Shown: piece by piece, positions 20,570 through 30,590 of the stretch | How positions within the stretch are numbered: position 1 is the stretch's first letter | Layout: the number at the start of each line of letters is the position of its first letter | DNA from: an uncultured Planctomycetia bacterium | GTDB taxonomy: Bacteria > Omnitrophota > Gorgyraeia > JABMRG01 | Reading direction: 5' to 3' | Length of the DNA stretch: 63,440 nucleotides | NCBI GenBank assembly: GCA_964634945.1 | Contig: CAZWMG010000011.1 | Coordinates: 1 to 63,440 of the forward strand | Program-made: the position numbers and the translations under genes | The notes under the pieces: generated by a model | Seen by the model: only the letters and a program-made list of their open reading frames with translations | The model's database searches: none | What the model was told of the DNA's origin: nothing

Positions 20570-20747
20570 AGTTGTGCAAAATCTAAGTGGCGATTACAGC
20601 AGGGCCTTTTCATTCCGAGCGGGCAAGGTTCGCCCTGATTAGGTCCTGCGCGAGAGCGAGGAATGAAGTGGAGCAACAATTTCACGCTGGGAAATTTTTG
20701 CATCCCTGCGTAATTGGCGCTTAGATTTTTAAATCACCTCGCACAAA
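20570..20747 (+). repeat. structured G+C-rich intergenic element A (candidate ncRNA or miniature mobile element)
   Basis: Long closing helix (20578-20603 with 20704-20730, extended by ttgtgc/gcacaa). Inner helices are cattcc/ggaatg and AATTTC-ACGCTGG-GAAATT. Shares conserved blocks with 34196-34345 and 33981-34143. Confidence 0.6.
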
Positions 20748-20790
20748 CCATTCTTGATATTCAGCTTCATATTACAAGTTACCAAAAAAA

Positions 20791-20870
20791 CAAAGATATA
20801 CTTATCAGGGGCACTGTCCTGATTGAATGTAAAACACTGTCCCGAACAATTTGGTAACTGTTTCGGTCTT
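20791..20870 (+). repeat. 80-bp direct repeat DR2 flanking structured element A
   Basis: Second copy of DR1. It ends 6 nt from the truB stop codon. Confidence 0.85.
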
Positions 20871-20875
20871 TACCA

Positions 20876-21517
20876 TTAAATGTCCTTAAGCGCGATAGCA
20901 TCTTTTATACAGAACTTACCTGAGCGGATTCTTCTCAACGCCTTCATATGCGCGCCACAGCCAAGCTCTTCACCTATATCATGGCAGAGCGTCCTAATAT
21001 ATGTGCCTTTTGAACATACCACCCTGAATTCCGCTTGATCATCTTTAATACTTATAATCTCAATATCCTTTATCTCTACCTCTACAGGGTCCCTTTCCAC
21101 GACAATGCCTTTTCTGGCAAGCTTGTAGAGCCTCTTTCCGTTGTGATGTTTTGCTGATATCATAGGCGGTATCTGCTGTTGTTTTCCATGAAACGATAAG
21201 ATAGTATCTTCAATGGCGGATTTACCAATAGCCTCTGTACTGTTAGTGCTGATAACTTCGCCTGTCGCGTCCTGCGTATCAGTGACAACACCTAACTTCA
21301 TCAGACAGAGATACTCCTTATCATCCGCACAGAGACTTGCTGATAGCTTAGTAGCCTTATTCATCACAAGAACAAGGACACCTGTTGCCATCGGATCAAG
21401 TGTGCCACAATGGCCTATCTTTTTTATCTTCAGCGTCCTACGCGCAATTGCCACAACATCATGCGATGTCATGCCGGAAGGTTTGTCTATTATTATAATG
21501 TCATTCATATAAGTCAA
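20876..21517 (-). CDS. truB: tRNA pseudouridine(55) synthase TruB (short form, no PUA domain)
   Basis: KPSGMTSHDVV and the catalytic-Asp context GHCGTLDPMATGVLVL. Only 213 aa. Confidence 0.9.
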   Translation of the reverse strand: MTYMNDIIIIDKPSGMTSHDVVAIARRTLKIKKIGHCGTLDPMATGVLVLVMNKATKLSASLCADDKEYLCLMKLGVVTDTQDATGEVISTNSTEAIGKSAIEDTILSFHGKQQQIPPMISAKHHNGKRLYKLARKGIVVERDPVEVEIKDIEIISIKDDQAEFRVVCSKGTYIRTLCHDIGEELGCGAHMKALRRIRSGKFCIKDAIALKDI

Positions 21518-21566
21518 CTCAGATAATATGTTACTAACCTAAAAAACTTTGAGCTACTTGTGATCT

Positions 21567-21660
21567 CTTATGGCTTTGCCTGGAGCAGCACTTTGGATTT
21601 TTTTGCCATGGATTTCAATAGATGGCAAAAATACCAGCGATGTGAAGGCAAGGGCATAAG
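21567..21660. repeat. long imperfect hairpin element C (shares blocks with the element family)
   Basis: cttatggctttgcc...ggcaagggcataag encloses tttttgccat...atggcaaaaa. Its minus-strand reading shares ccttatgccc..C..CGCT with 28380-28412. Confidence 0.5.
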
Positions 21661-21723
21661 GGATATTGCTATCCGCTGTTTTGCTTTTTTGTCTAATATA
21701 TATTTATTAATTAAATGAAATGC

Positions 21724-22701
21724 CTATTTACCATTAACAAGAAGCTTCTTTGCTCTTGATATAACTGCTTTTTCGACTTTGGAAATAGTCCCCTTTAATA
21801 CGCAGCCGCTTGCCGCGGCATGCCCTCCGCCATGAAAATGCCTTGCCAGCTTGTTCACATCTACTGCGCCATTAGAACGTAAGCTTACTTTCACAAGACC
21901 TTTTCGCACCTCACGAAAAGCAAGCGCTATCTTTACCCCTTTTATCATCCTGGGAAAATTAACAAGATCCTGCGTATCTTCAACGCTAACCCTATACTTA
22001 TTAAACATAGCTCTTGAGACATGGACCCATGCTATCTCCCCGCCCTTGGCAGTATTAAGCGTAGAAAGCGCTGAAGCGAGCAAACTCAGGCTTGGGAGTG
22101 TTGTCTGCTCATATATCTTGCGATAAATATCCGCGGCATCTATACCATGGAGCATAAGTTCCGCGATTATTCTGTGTGTCTCTGACGTTGCATTTGAATA
22201 ACGAAACGATCCTGTGTCAGTAAGTATAGCTATATAAATACATAAAGCCGTCCTCTTATTTATAGGAATATCCATCTTCTTGAAGAGATGATAAACCTGC
22301 TCACCGGAACACGACATAGCGGGTTCAACCCAGTTTACTGAACCAAAATATGTATTACTTATATGGTGGTCTATATTTAATATCGGCTTTTCAAGAGAGA
22401 TACCTGACTTAATATCACCTATTCTTTCGATACCTGTACAATCAAGGAGGCAGGCGACATCATAATCTATGCCTTCGATACGTGATCTGAGTTTTATCCC
22501 CGCGCTACCCGGTAAAAATTTATACATAGCGGGGATATCCTCAGGAGGAAAGAGAATAACCTTCTTGCCTGCTTGCTTTAGGAGTTCAGCCATAGCCAAC
22601 ATGCTTCCTATGGCATCTCCCTCCAAATTCTTGTGCGCTGAGATTAAGAACCTTTTACACTTCTTATCCCTTATGCACTTGATTACCTTATTCATCCCCA
22701 T
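21724..22701 (-). CDS. nrnA: DHH/DHHA1 phosphoesterase (NrnA-type oligoribonuclease / pAp phosphatase)
   Basis: DHH motif NIDHHISN and DHHA1 GGGHAAASG. Confidence 0.82.
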   Translation of the reverse strand: MGMNKVIKCIRDKKCKRFLISAHKNLEGDAIGSMLAMAELLKQAGKKVILFPPEDIPAMYKFLPGSAGIKLRSRIEGIDYDVACLLDCTGIERIGDIKSGISLEKPILNIDHHISNTYFGSVNWVEPAMSCSGEQVYHLFKKMDIPINKRTALCIYIAILTDTGSFRYSNATSETHRIIAELMLHGIDAADIYRKIYEQTTLPSLSLLASALSTLNTAKGGEIAWVHVSRAMFNKYRVSVEDTQDLVNFPRMIKGVKIALAFREVRKGLVKVSLRSNGAVDVNKLARHFHGGGHAAASGCVLKGTISKVEKAVISRAKKLLVNGK

Positions 22702-23062
22702 CTCTTGTCTCCTTATCTTTATGTATAATATCTATAATCTCATTTATCCTATTGCCTGCTTTTTTTGAATCATCACGAATAAAGGTTATCCGTGGAATAA
22801 ATTTTATTCTTATGCTCTTGGCAAGGAGCCTTCTGACAAGTCCCGCTGAAGCCTTAAGCGCCGCAAGCCCATCTTCATTTGTCTCGTCTTTATCGATACT
22901 TGTAAAAAATATATCCGCGGATCTCAGATCCGGTGACATATCAACCCTGGTAACGGTCACGAAACCTATGCGCGAATCTCGTATATCTCTTTGCAATATT
23001 ATACTTACCTGCTGCCGTATCTCTTCGCTGACTTTGTCTCTACGAAACATCTCTCTCTCCAA
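22688..23062 (-). CDS. rbfA: ribosome-binding factor A
   Basis: RbfA-size ORF with the KVSEEIRQ..ILQ N-terminus and a KH-like core. The start may be an internal Met. Confidence 0.88.
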   Translation of the reverse strand: MEREMFRRDKVSEEIRQQVSIILQRDIRDSRIGFVTVTRVDMSPDLRSADIFFTSIDKDETNEDGLAALKASAGLVRRLLAKSIRIKFIPRITFIRDDSKKAGNRINEIIDIIHKDKETRDGDE

Positions 23063-23798
23063 TAAACTGTTCTAACCTGTCAAAAACCTTTGATGGGTTT
23101 TTTTCAGCCTGAACAAGCGCCTTTTCTTTTTTAATCCTATATTCTGAGACCTTATTCAGCGCGCCAAGTTCTATCGCTTCTTTTATAAGCCGTTCTGTTT
23201 CATCGCATATTACAAAATCATACCTCTGTTCAAAACGCACGGCCCTATAAATACGGGTTGGGTCATCAATGAAGCTTTTGTTATGTAAAACCCTTATAAT
23301 ACCTTTTTCCAGATCCCGCTTACCATTAAAAGGGTCTAATAATCTGGACCATGGTACCTTGTTTAAGGAAAATGACATCGCGTTTATGGTAAAGTCTCTT
23401 CTTTGAAGGTCATCTTTTATCGAAGAAAAACTGACCCTTGGTAACGCTCCGGGGAATTCATAATGCTCTATCCTCGCGGTAGCGATATCAATTTTAAAAT
23501 TGTCTCTTGTAGCAACGGTAGCTGTGCCAAATCGCCTATATAAAACTAACGTGCCCTTAAGCAGAGATGATAATTCCTTCGCGAATTCCATGCCGTTGCC
23601 TTCAACAACGATATCAATATCAAGATTATGATAATGAAGCAAGGCATCTCTTACAAAACCCCCCACACAAAAAACCTTGATACACATGGAATCACCAATG
23701 CTGCCGGCAAGAAGTAATATATCCAAAACCTTTTTAGGTAAAACCTTATTTATATCCAGTAGAATCTCAGTCATAATGGGGCATTTTCTAAAATACAT
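23040..23798 (-). CDS. poly(A) polymerase / CCA-adding enzyme family nucleotidyltransferase (head-neck only, 252 aa)
   Basis: GGFVRDALL and DIDIVVEG (the GG..RD and DxD motifs of class II tRNA nucleotidyltransferases). The usual C-terminal body/tail is missing. Confidence 0.65.
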   Translation of the reverse strand: MYFRKCPIMTEILLDINKVLPKKVLDILLLAGSIGDSMCIKVFCVGGFVRDALLHYHNLDIDIVVEGNGMEFAKELSSLLKGTLVLYRRFGTATVATRDNFKIDIATARIEHYEFPGALPRVSFSSIKDDLQRRDFTINAMSFSLNKVPWSRLLDPFNGKRDLEKGIIRVLHNKSFIDDPTRIYRAVRFEQRYDFVICDETERLIKEAIELGALNKVSEYRIKKEKALVQAEKNPSKVFDRLEQFIGERDVS

Positions 23799-23859
23799 GT
23801 TTTTACGTATTAGCTTGCGGTTGCCGCAAACACCGAAAACCGATCACCGGACACCGAGT

Positions 23860-24756
23860 TCAGGCCCTTGGGTGGAATTTATGATGTATAGATTTTAAGC
23901 GCTCTTTATCTATATGCGTATATATCTGCGTTGTAGTGATATCAGCGTGGCCAAGCATCTCCTGGACAACCCTCAGGTCAGCGCCCCCCTCTAGTAAGTG
24001 CGTAGCAAAAGAGTGCCTTAACGTATGCGGCATAATATCTTTCTTTATCCCTGCCAAGCGTGCGTATTTTTTGATCATCTTCCAGAAACTCTGACGGGAT
24101 ATCTTCTTTCCGAGCCGTGACAAAAAAAGGCTGTTTACAGACTCTGATTTTGCAAGCTTGGTTCTCGACTTTTTTATGTAGCGATCCAATGCGGCTTGTG
24201 ATTGTCTGCCTATGGGGACTATCCTCTCTTTGCTCCCCTTTCCTACACACCTTACAAAACCGACATCAAGGTTTATATTTTCAATATTAAGATTTACAAT
24301 CTCGGATACGCGAAGGCCTGTCGCGTACATAAGCTCAAGCGCCGCTCTATCTCTTAAGCCCATCCAGTTTCTAACATTTGGTTTTTTTAATATCTCCTCT
24401 ACTTCGGATAAAGAAAGAGCCTCTGGAAGATGTTTCCAGAGCTTTGGCGAATCGAGAACACTGGTAATGTCCTCTTTTATATATTTTTCACGAAGGCAAA
24501 AACGATGGAATACTTTAATAGCGACAAGATTACGTGATACAGAATTTCCAGAGAGACCTTTATCTTTTTGAAACATCATATAATCGCGTATATCATCACG
24601 CGAAACCTCAGAGAGGTGAGATTTCTTTTTTTTCTGGTTAAGATAGTCAGCGTATTTATAAAGATCTGTTCTGTATGCTGAAATAGTATTTTTAGATAGC
24701 CCTCTTTCAACAATAAGATAGTCTAAAAACTCCTCTACAAAATCCTTCATTGCCAT
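23860..24756 (-). CDS. xerD: tyrosine recombinase XerC/XerD family
   Basis: R..HxxR..Y context: LRHSFATHLL and LGHADITTTQIYTH. N-terminal SAM-like core-binding domain present. Confidence 0.85.
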   Translation of the reverse strand: MAMKDFVEEFLDYLIVERGLSKNTISAYRTDLYKYADYLNQKKKKSHLSEVSRDDIRDYMMFQKDKGLSGNSVSRNLVAIKVFHRFCLREKYIKEDITSVLDSPKLWKHLPEALSLSEVEEILKKPNVRNWMGLRDRAALELMYATGLRVSEIVNLNIENINLDVGFVRCVGKGSKERIVPIGRQSQAALDRYIKKSRTKLAKSESVNSLFLSRLGKKISRQSFWKMIKKYARLAGIKKDIMPHTLRHSFATHLLEGGADLRVVQEMLGHADITTTQIYTHIDKERLKSIHHKFHPRA

Positions 24757-25382
24757 GAAATTTCCTGGCGTTCTTTTCCTATGGTAGTTCTTCCCCCATG
24801 ACCCGGCAAGACAAGAGTCTCCCCGTCAAGAATAAAGAGTTTCTCCTTTATCGAATTGATAATCTGCTTTGTACTCCCATATGGAAAATCCGTCCTACCG
24901 ATACCCGCGGCAAAAAGAGTATCCCCTGTAAAAACCATATCGCCATATTGAAGTGATATGCCACCAGGGGTATGTCCTGGGGTATGTATAACCTTTAGTG
25001 ATAAATCAGATATCACTATATCATCACCGTCTTCCAATATGCGAGTAGCAGGTGGGGACTTTTTAAGATTTCCGTAAAATACAGCCAAGCTTAAAAGAGG
25101 GTTTGTTAAAAAATTCGCATCATCCTTGTGTATATATATAGGCAGGTTAAAATCGGAATTCGCGCCTATATGATCTATGTGGCCATGTGTATTTATTATA
25201 AACTCAGGTACGAGCTTTTCATTATCCAGGAGCCCTTTAATCTTATCTGCATCGCCGCCAGGGTCTATTATCGCGACCTTTTTGGTCTTTTTTGAACCGA
25301 ATACATAGCAATTTGTACCGATCTGATCTATCAATATTTCGTGCAATACGCAATCACTATTTAATATCTTCTGCTCCTGCAT
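24747..25382 (-). CDS. MBL-fold metallo-hydrolase (glyoxalase II-like)
   Basis: HxHxDH motif THGHIDHIG plus downstream His/Asp ligands (HTPGHTPG, GDTLF). Confidence 0.85.
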   Translation of the reverse strand: MQEQKILNSDCVLHEILIDQIGTNCYVFGSKKTKKVAIIDPGGDADKIKGLLDNEKLVPEFIINTHGHIDHIGANSDFNLPIYIHKDDANFLTNPLLSLAVFYGNLKKSPPATRILEDGDDIVISDLSLKVIHTPGHTPGGISLQYGDMVFTGDTLFAAGIGRTDFPYGSTKQIINSIKEKLFILDGETLVLPGHGGRTTIGKERQEISWQ

Positions 25383-25890
25383 CAGTGGCCCCCTCCTGAG
25401 AGTCTATTACAAAGTGTTTCATGTGAAAATACGAAAATTGGTTGCTTACTGCCCTGTAATGCTTAGTCAGCTGTGAGACAATATGATTACTGTTCGAATC
25501 GAGGTAATTAGGCTGCTTTATCTTTTTTGTGATCTCCTCTAATTGCGTTACATATGGCTCCAACTGCGCTCTTTTCTCGTCATTTAAAAGACTGGCGAGC
25601 TTTCTTATCTCTACAAGCGAGTAATTCGCCTGGCTTTTGATCTTCTTATTATTTCCCTTAGCTTTTATAGAATTTATAAGCTCTGACTCTGAGTTTTTCC
25701 AGAAAGCATAATGATTCGCGTAGAGCTGTTTGTTTGTAAACTCTTTTTCATAATCATACGGCTGCAAGACAGGCCCCTGCTTGACCTCATCTTTCTTATT
25801 CCGTATAAATTTCTTCCTCCATGAGCCACTGCACCCAGCGGTAAGAAGAAGCGTCGCTACAAGAGCCGTGCTAATAATCCTTATATTCAT
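25357..25890 (-). CDS. hypothetical lipoprotein
   Basis: Signal peptide with the lipobox LTAGC. No recognisable domain. Confidence 0.5.
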   Translation of the reverse strand: MNIRIISTALVATLLLTAGCSGSWRKKFIRNKKDEVKQGPVLQPYDYEKEFTNKQLYANHYAFWKNSESELINSIKAKGNNKKIKSQANYSLVEIRKLASLLNDEKRAQLEPYVTQLEEITKKIKQPNYLDSNSNHIVSQLTKHYRAVSNQFSYFHMKHFVIDSQEGATDAGAEDIK

Positions 25891-25906
25891 AATACACCTC
25901 TTTTGT

Positions 25907-28187
<2,281 letters not shown>

Positions 28188-28214
28188 CTTTTCATCTATT
28201 TACTTAAAACCTCT

Positions 28215-28264
28215 TCAAGACCGGTTCTTGAGCACGAACACCTGTGCTCAAGAACCGGTCTTGA
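28215..28264. repeat. REP-like palindrome, copy 3
   Basis: tcaagaccggttcttgagcac-gaacacct-gtgctcaagaaccggtcttga. The 20-bp stem is perfect and the loop differs from copies 1 and 2. Confidence 0.9.
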
Positions 28265-28272
28265 AAATAATA

Positions 28273-28286
28273 ATGGTCGGGATGGC
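28273..28286 (-). other. 14-nt duplicate of the tRNA-Pro 3' end (att-like scar)
   Basis: atggtcgggatggc at 28273-28286 is identical to 28493-28506, which covers CCA, the discriminator, the 3' acceptor strand and 2 nt of the T-stem. Confidence 0.75.
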
Positions 28287-28492
28287 TCTGCTTCGCTCTT
28301 GCACAGTTGCTTTCCGGTGGAGCTTCGCAGGAGCTTTTCATTCCTTCGTAGCCGCACCTCGCTAATAGTACTCAATGCTCCTTATGCCCCTATACCACTC
28401 GCTACGCTCGGGTACAGGACTCATGAACCAATTTGATATTAAATGGCTTGCCATGAACCTGAGAAAAACCATAAGATTTTTTTAAATGGTTC
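28287..28492. repeat. 206-bp mosaic element D between the tRNA-Pro 3' end and its duplicate
   Basis: Contains GGTGGAGC and GCAGGAGCTTTTCATTCC (compare element A: GTGGAGC and GCAGGGCCTTTTCATTCC). Also contains ccttatgccc..CGCT, shared with element C, and TGAACCA/TGGTTCA inverted repeats. Confidence 0.55.
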
Positions 28493-28493
28493 A

Positions 28494-28571
28494 TGGTCGG
28501 GATGGCCGGATTTGAACCGGCGGCCTCTTCGTCCCGAACGAAGCGCGCTAGCCAAGCTGCGCTACACCCCG
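28494..28571 (-). tRNA. tRNA-Pro (anticodon CGG), CCA encoded
   Basis: Hand-folded cloverleaf. Acceptor CGGGGTG/CATCCCG, D-stem GCGC/GCGC, anticodon stem CTTCG/CGAAG with loop TTCGGGA (G37), T-arm GCCGG-TTCAAAT-CCGGC, then ACCA. Confidence 0.93.
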
Positions 28572-28707
28572 ACACTAAAATTGTCTATCTTGCCAAGTTA
28601 AATGAGCATATCGCTTACTGAGCCCGCAGGGCGATGTAAGTGATAAGTGCGAATTTAATCTCACCGAAGCCTTTGCCATTGTCTTAAAAAGCATAAGGCT
28701 AAGGTGG

Positions 28708-28723
28708 ATTGCGCTACATCCCG
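28708..28723 (-). other. 16-nt tRNA-Pro 5'-end-like fragment
   Basis: The minus strand reads CGGGATGTAGCGCAAT, against CGGGGTGTAGCGCAGC for the tRNA 5' end (13/16). No D, anticodon or T arms follow. Confidence 0.5.
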
Positions 28724-28851
28724 AACCAAAATTATAAACATCATTATAGAGCTTTTACTATAACATATATTGAGTTTTATTAGAATAGTGTATCACCTTG
28801 GAAGAGTATAATCAAGAAAATTTGAGGACTTATGTTAACTACAGCAGATTC

Positions 28852-29505
28852 CTAAGCGAAACCGTGCTTAGCAAGAAAATTTCTATCTACATGCGGCCTT
28901 ATCTCGGGCATAGACTTAGTTTGAACAGTAAGATTCTGGACATATTTTGCCAATACATCTGTCTCTATATTTACAATATTGCCAATACCCTTAAAATTAA
29001 GCGTTGTATTGGATAGTGTATGCGGTATTACCATAACCTTAAAGCTCCCATCTGAGACATTATTGACAGTAAGGCTTATGCCATCAACAGCAACGGAACC
29101 CTTTTTAACCAATAATATGCTATGCTCTTTAGGTATGCTTATCTCAAATTCAATAAAATCACCTTGAGAAGCTTTAGATACTATCTTTCCCATGCAATCA
29201 ATATGGCCTGTTACGAAATGTCCTCCTAATCGTCCTCCCTGCTTAAGAGAACGCTCCAGATTAACCCTGTCTGCCGGCTTCAAGGCTAATATATTGCTCA
29301 GGCCTGATGTCTCATCACTTACATCAAAAGACAATATATTACCTTCTCTGCTTGTTAGCGTAAGACATACTCCATTTACACTTATGCTATCACCTACAGA
29401 CGCATCTGAACCGCATACTGCGCTCTCTATGCTTAATCGTGCGCCTCTGCTTCTACGTGTTAGGCTTCTTATTGTTGCGAGTTCTTCGATTATCCCTGTA
29501 AACAT
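28852..29505 (-). CDS. ribE: riboflavin synthase (alpha chain)
   Basis: MFTGIIEE N-terminus and an internal duplication of the lumazine-binding domain. Confidence 0.92.
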   Translation of the reverse strand: MFTGIIEELATIRSLTRRSRGARLSIESAVCGSDASVGDSISVNGVCLTLTSREGNILSFDVSDETSGLSNILALKPADRVNLERSLKQGGRLGGHFVTGHIDCMGKIVSKASQGDFIEFEISIPKEHSILLVKKGSVAVDGISLTVNNVSDGSFKVMVIPHTLSNTTLNFKGIGNIVNIETDVLAKYVQNLTVQTKSMPEIRPHVDRNFLAKHGFA

Positions 29506-30590
29506 TTAGCCTCCACCAAGAGATCTTTACCAACTCTTCTTGCCTTTATATCCTTGAATCTTATCGCCTTGCTTATACTCTCTATACCTTTACCGCCGAT
29601 AGAACCGGGCGCTTCTTTTCCGCCTATTATAATAGGCGCGACAAACAGATACAGGTTATCGACCAATTCCTTTTCAAGTAAACTCGCCGCGATCTCACCA
29701 CCGCCCTCTACAAGAACGCTTCCTATCCCTTTAAGAAGTAATCGCTTCATCAATACCTTCAGATCAACTCTCTTGGGAGAACTACCAACGCGTACCAGAT
29801 CTACCCCCTTACGCCTTAAAGCGCTCTCTTTAGCTTTGGAGGAATACTCTGTAGTAGCGATAATGGTTTTTCCAGGAGAAAGCTTGGTGAGCACCTTTGC
29901 GGTAATTGGAATCTTAATTTCTGTATCTACTATTATCTTAAGCGGCTGCCTTTTTGAGTTGCGGATAGTAAGTATGGGGTCATCCTTAAGAAGCGTATTT
30001 ATGCCTATCAATATAGCATCGTGGTTTTTTCTTAAGCGCTGGACAAGCCTTCGGGATTTTGTGGAGCTTATCCATTTGGAGTCACCCTTACTCGTAGCTA
30101 TCTTTCCATCCAAACTCTGCGCTAATTTTAAAGTAACAAGAGGCCTCTGTCGCCTCATTATAGTAAAAAAATCTTTATTAAGGCCCTCTGCCTCTTTCTT
30201 AAGGATACCTGAAACAACCCTTACCCCTTTCTGCTTAAGGATCTTTAATCCCCTGCCGCTATTTAATGGATTAGGGTCCTTAGCCGCGCAGACAAGTTCT
30301 TTTACTCCTGAAGATATAATAGCATCTATGCAAGGCGGGGTCTTCCCGTAATAAGCGCATGGCTCAAGTGTTACATAGCATGTTGCGCCTTCAGCTTTAG
30401 CAGTTGCTTTTTTTAACGCGATTATCTCCGCGTGGGGCCCGCCAAATCGTTTATGATATCCGGCAGCTATTACCTTTTTATTCTTAACAATAACGCAGCC
30501 TACAAGCGGATTAGGATACGCCTTACTAGTACCTTTTTTCGCTTCCTTGATAGCAAGCCTCATATATTTCTCAGCTATTTTTATATCCAT
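29490..30590 (-). CDS. ribD: bifunctional pyrimidine deaminase / 5-amino-6-(5-phosphoribosylamino)uracil reductase
   Basis: CMP/dCMP deaminase Zn motifs HAEIIAL and PCAYYGKTPPC, followed by a RibD_C reductase domain. Confidence 0.92.
   Translation of the reverse strand: MDIKIAEKYMRLAIKEAKKGTSKAYPNPLVGCVIVKNKKVIAAGYHKRFGGPHAEIIALKKATAKAEGATCYVTLEPCAYYGKTPPCIDAIISSGVKELVCAAKDPNPLNSGRGLKILKQKGVRVVSGILKKEAEGLNKDFFTIMRRQRPLVTLKLAQSLDGKIATSKGDSKWISSTKSRRLVQRLRKNHDAILIGINTLLKDDPILTIRNSKRQPLKIIVDTEIKIPITAKVLTKLSPGKTIIATTEYSSKAKESALRRKGVDLVRVGSSPKRVDLKVLMKRLLLKGIGSVLVEGGGEIAASLLEKELVDNLYLFVAPIIIGGKEAPGSIGGKGIESISKAIRFKDIKARRVGKDLLVEAKCLQG

Noticed and set aside
20663-20713. Small peptides encoded in the structured elements, such as a 16-aa MKWSNNFTLGNFCIPA in A and a 26-aa ORF from 33979 in B1
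   Set aside because: The reading frames are not conserved between copies. B2 has stops after 3-6 codons in the equivalent frames. No properly spaced SD is present.
20570-20747. Known small ribozymes or housekeeping RNAs in elements A, B1 and B2 (hammerhead, twister, 6S, SRP, RNase P, tmRNA)
   Set aside because: CTGATTAG in A does not fit the hammerhead CUGANGA core, and no GAAA/UH context follows. AAGTGGAG resembles the 3' strand of twister, but the partner blocks and pseudoknot partners are absent. No GGUCCGGAAGGAAGCAGCC (SRP), GAGGAAAGUCC (RNase P) or tRNA-like ends with a tag ORF (tmRNA) are present. The multicopy nature also argues against single-copy housekeeping RNAs.
28273-28723. Split or permuted tRNA, an intron-containing tRNA, or tmRNA formed by the outer 5' and 3' tRNA-Pro fragments
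   Set aside because: The fragments cover only acceptor-stem residues. There is no D, anticodon or T arm next to them, no group I intron core and no tag reading frame. An integration or recombination scar is the simpler explanation.
29554-30351. Long antisense ORFs in the track, such as 29554-30351 (+, 265 aa), 16214-16852 (+), 12440-12994 (+), 4423-4866 (+), 38366-38848 (+) and 14793-15230 (+)
   Set aside because: Each lies entirely opposite a gene with strong family motifs (ribD, dut/pnp, rodZ, htrA, smc, ftsK). Their translations are low-complexity (S/L/I/F-rich) with no motifs, no SD and no independent promoter. I treat them as shadow ORFs.
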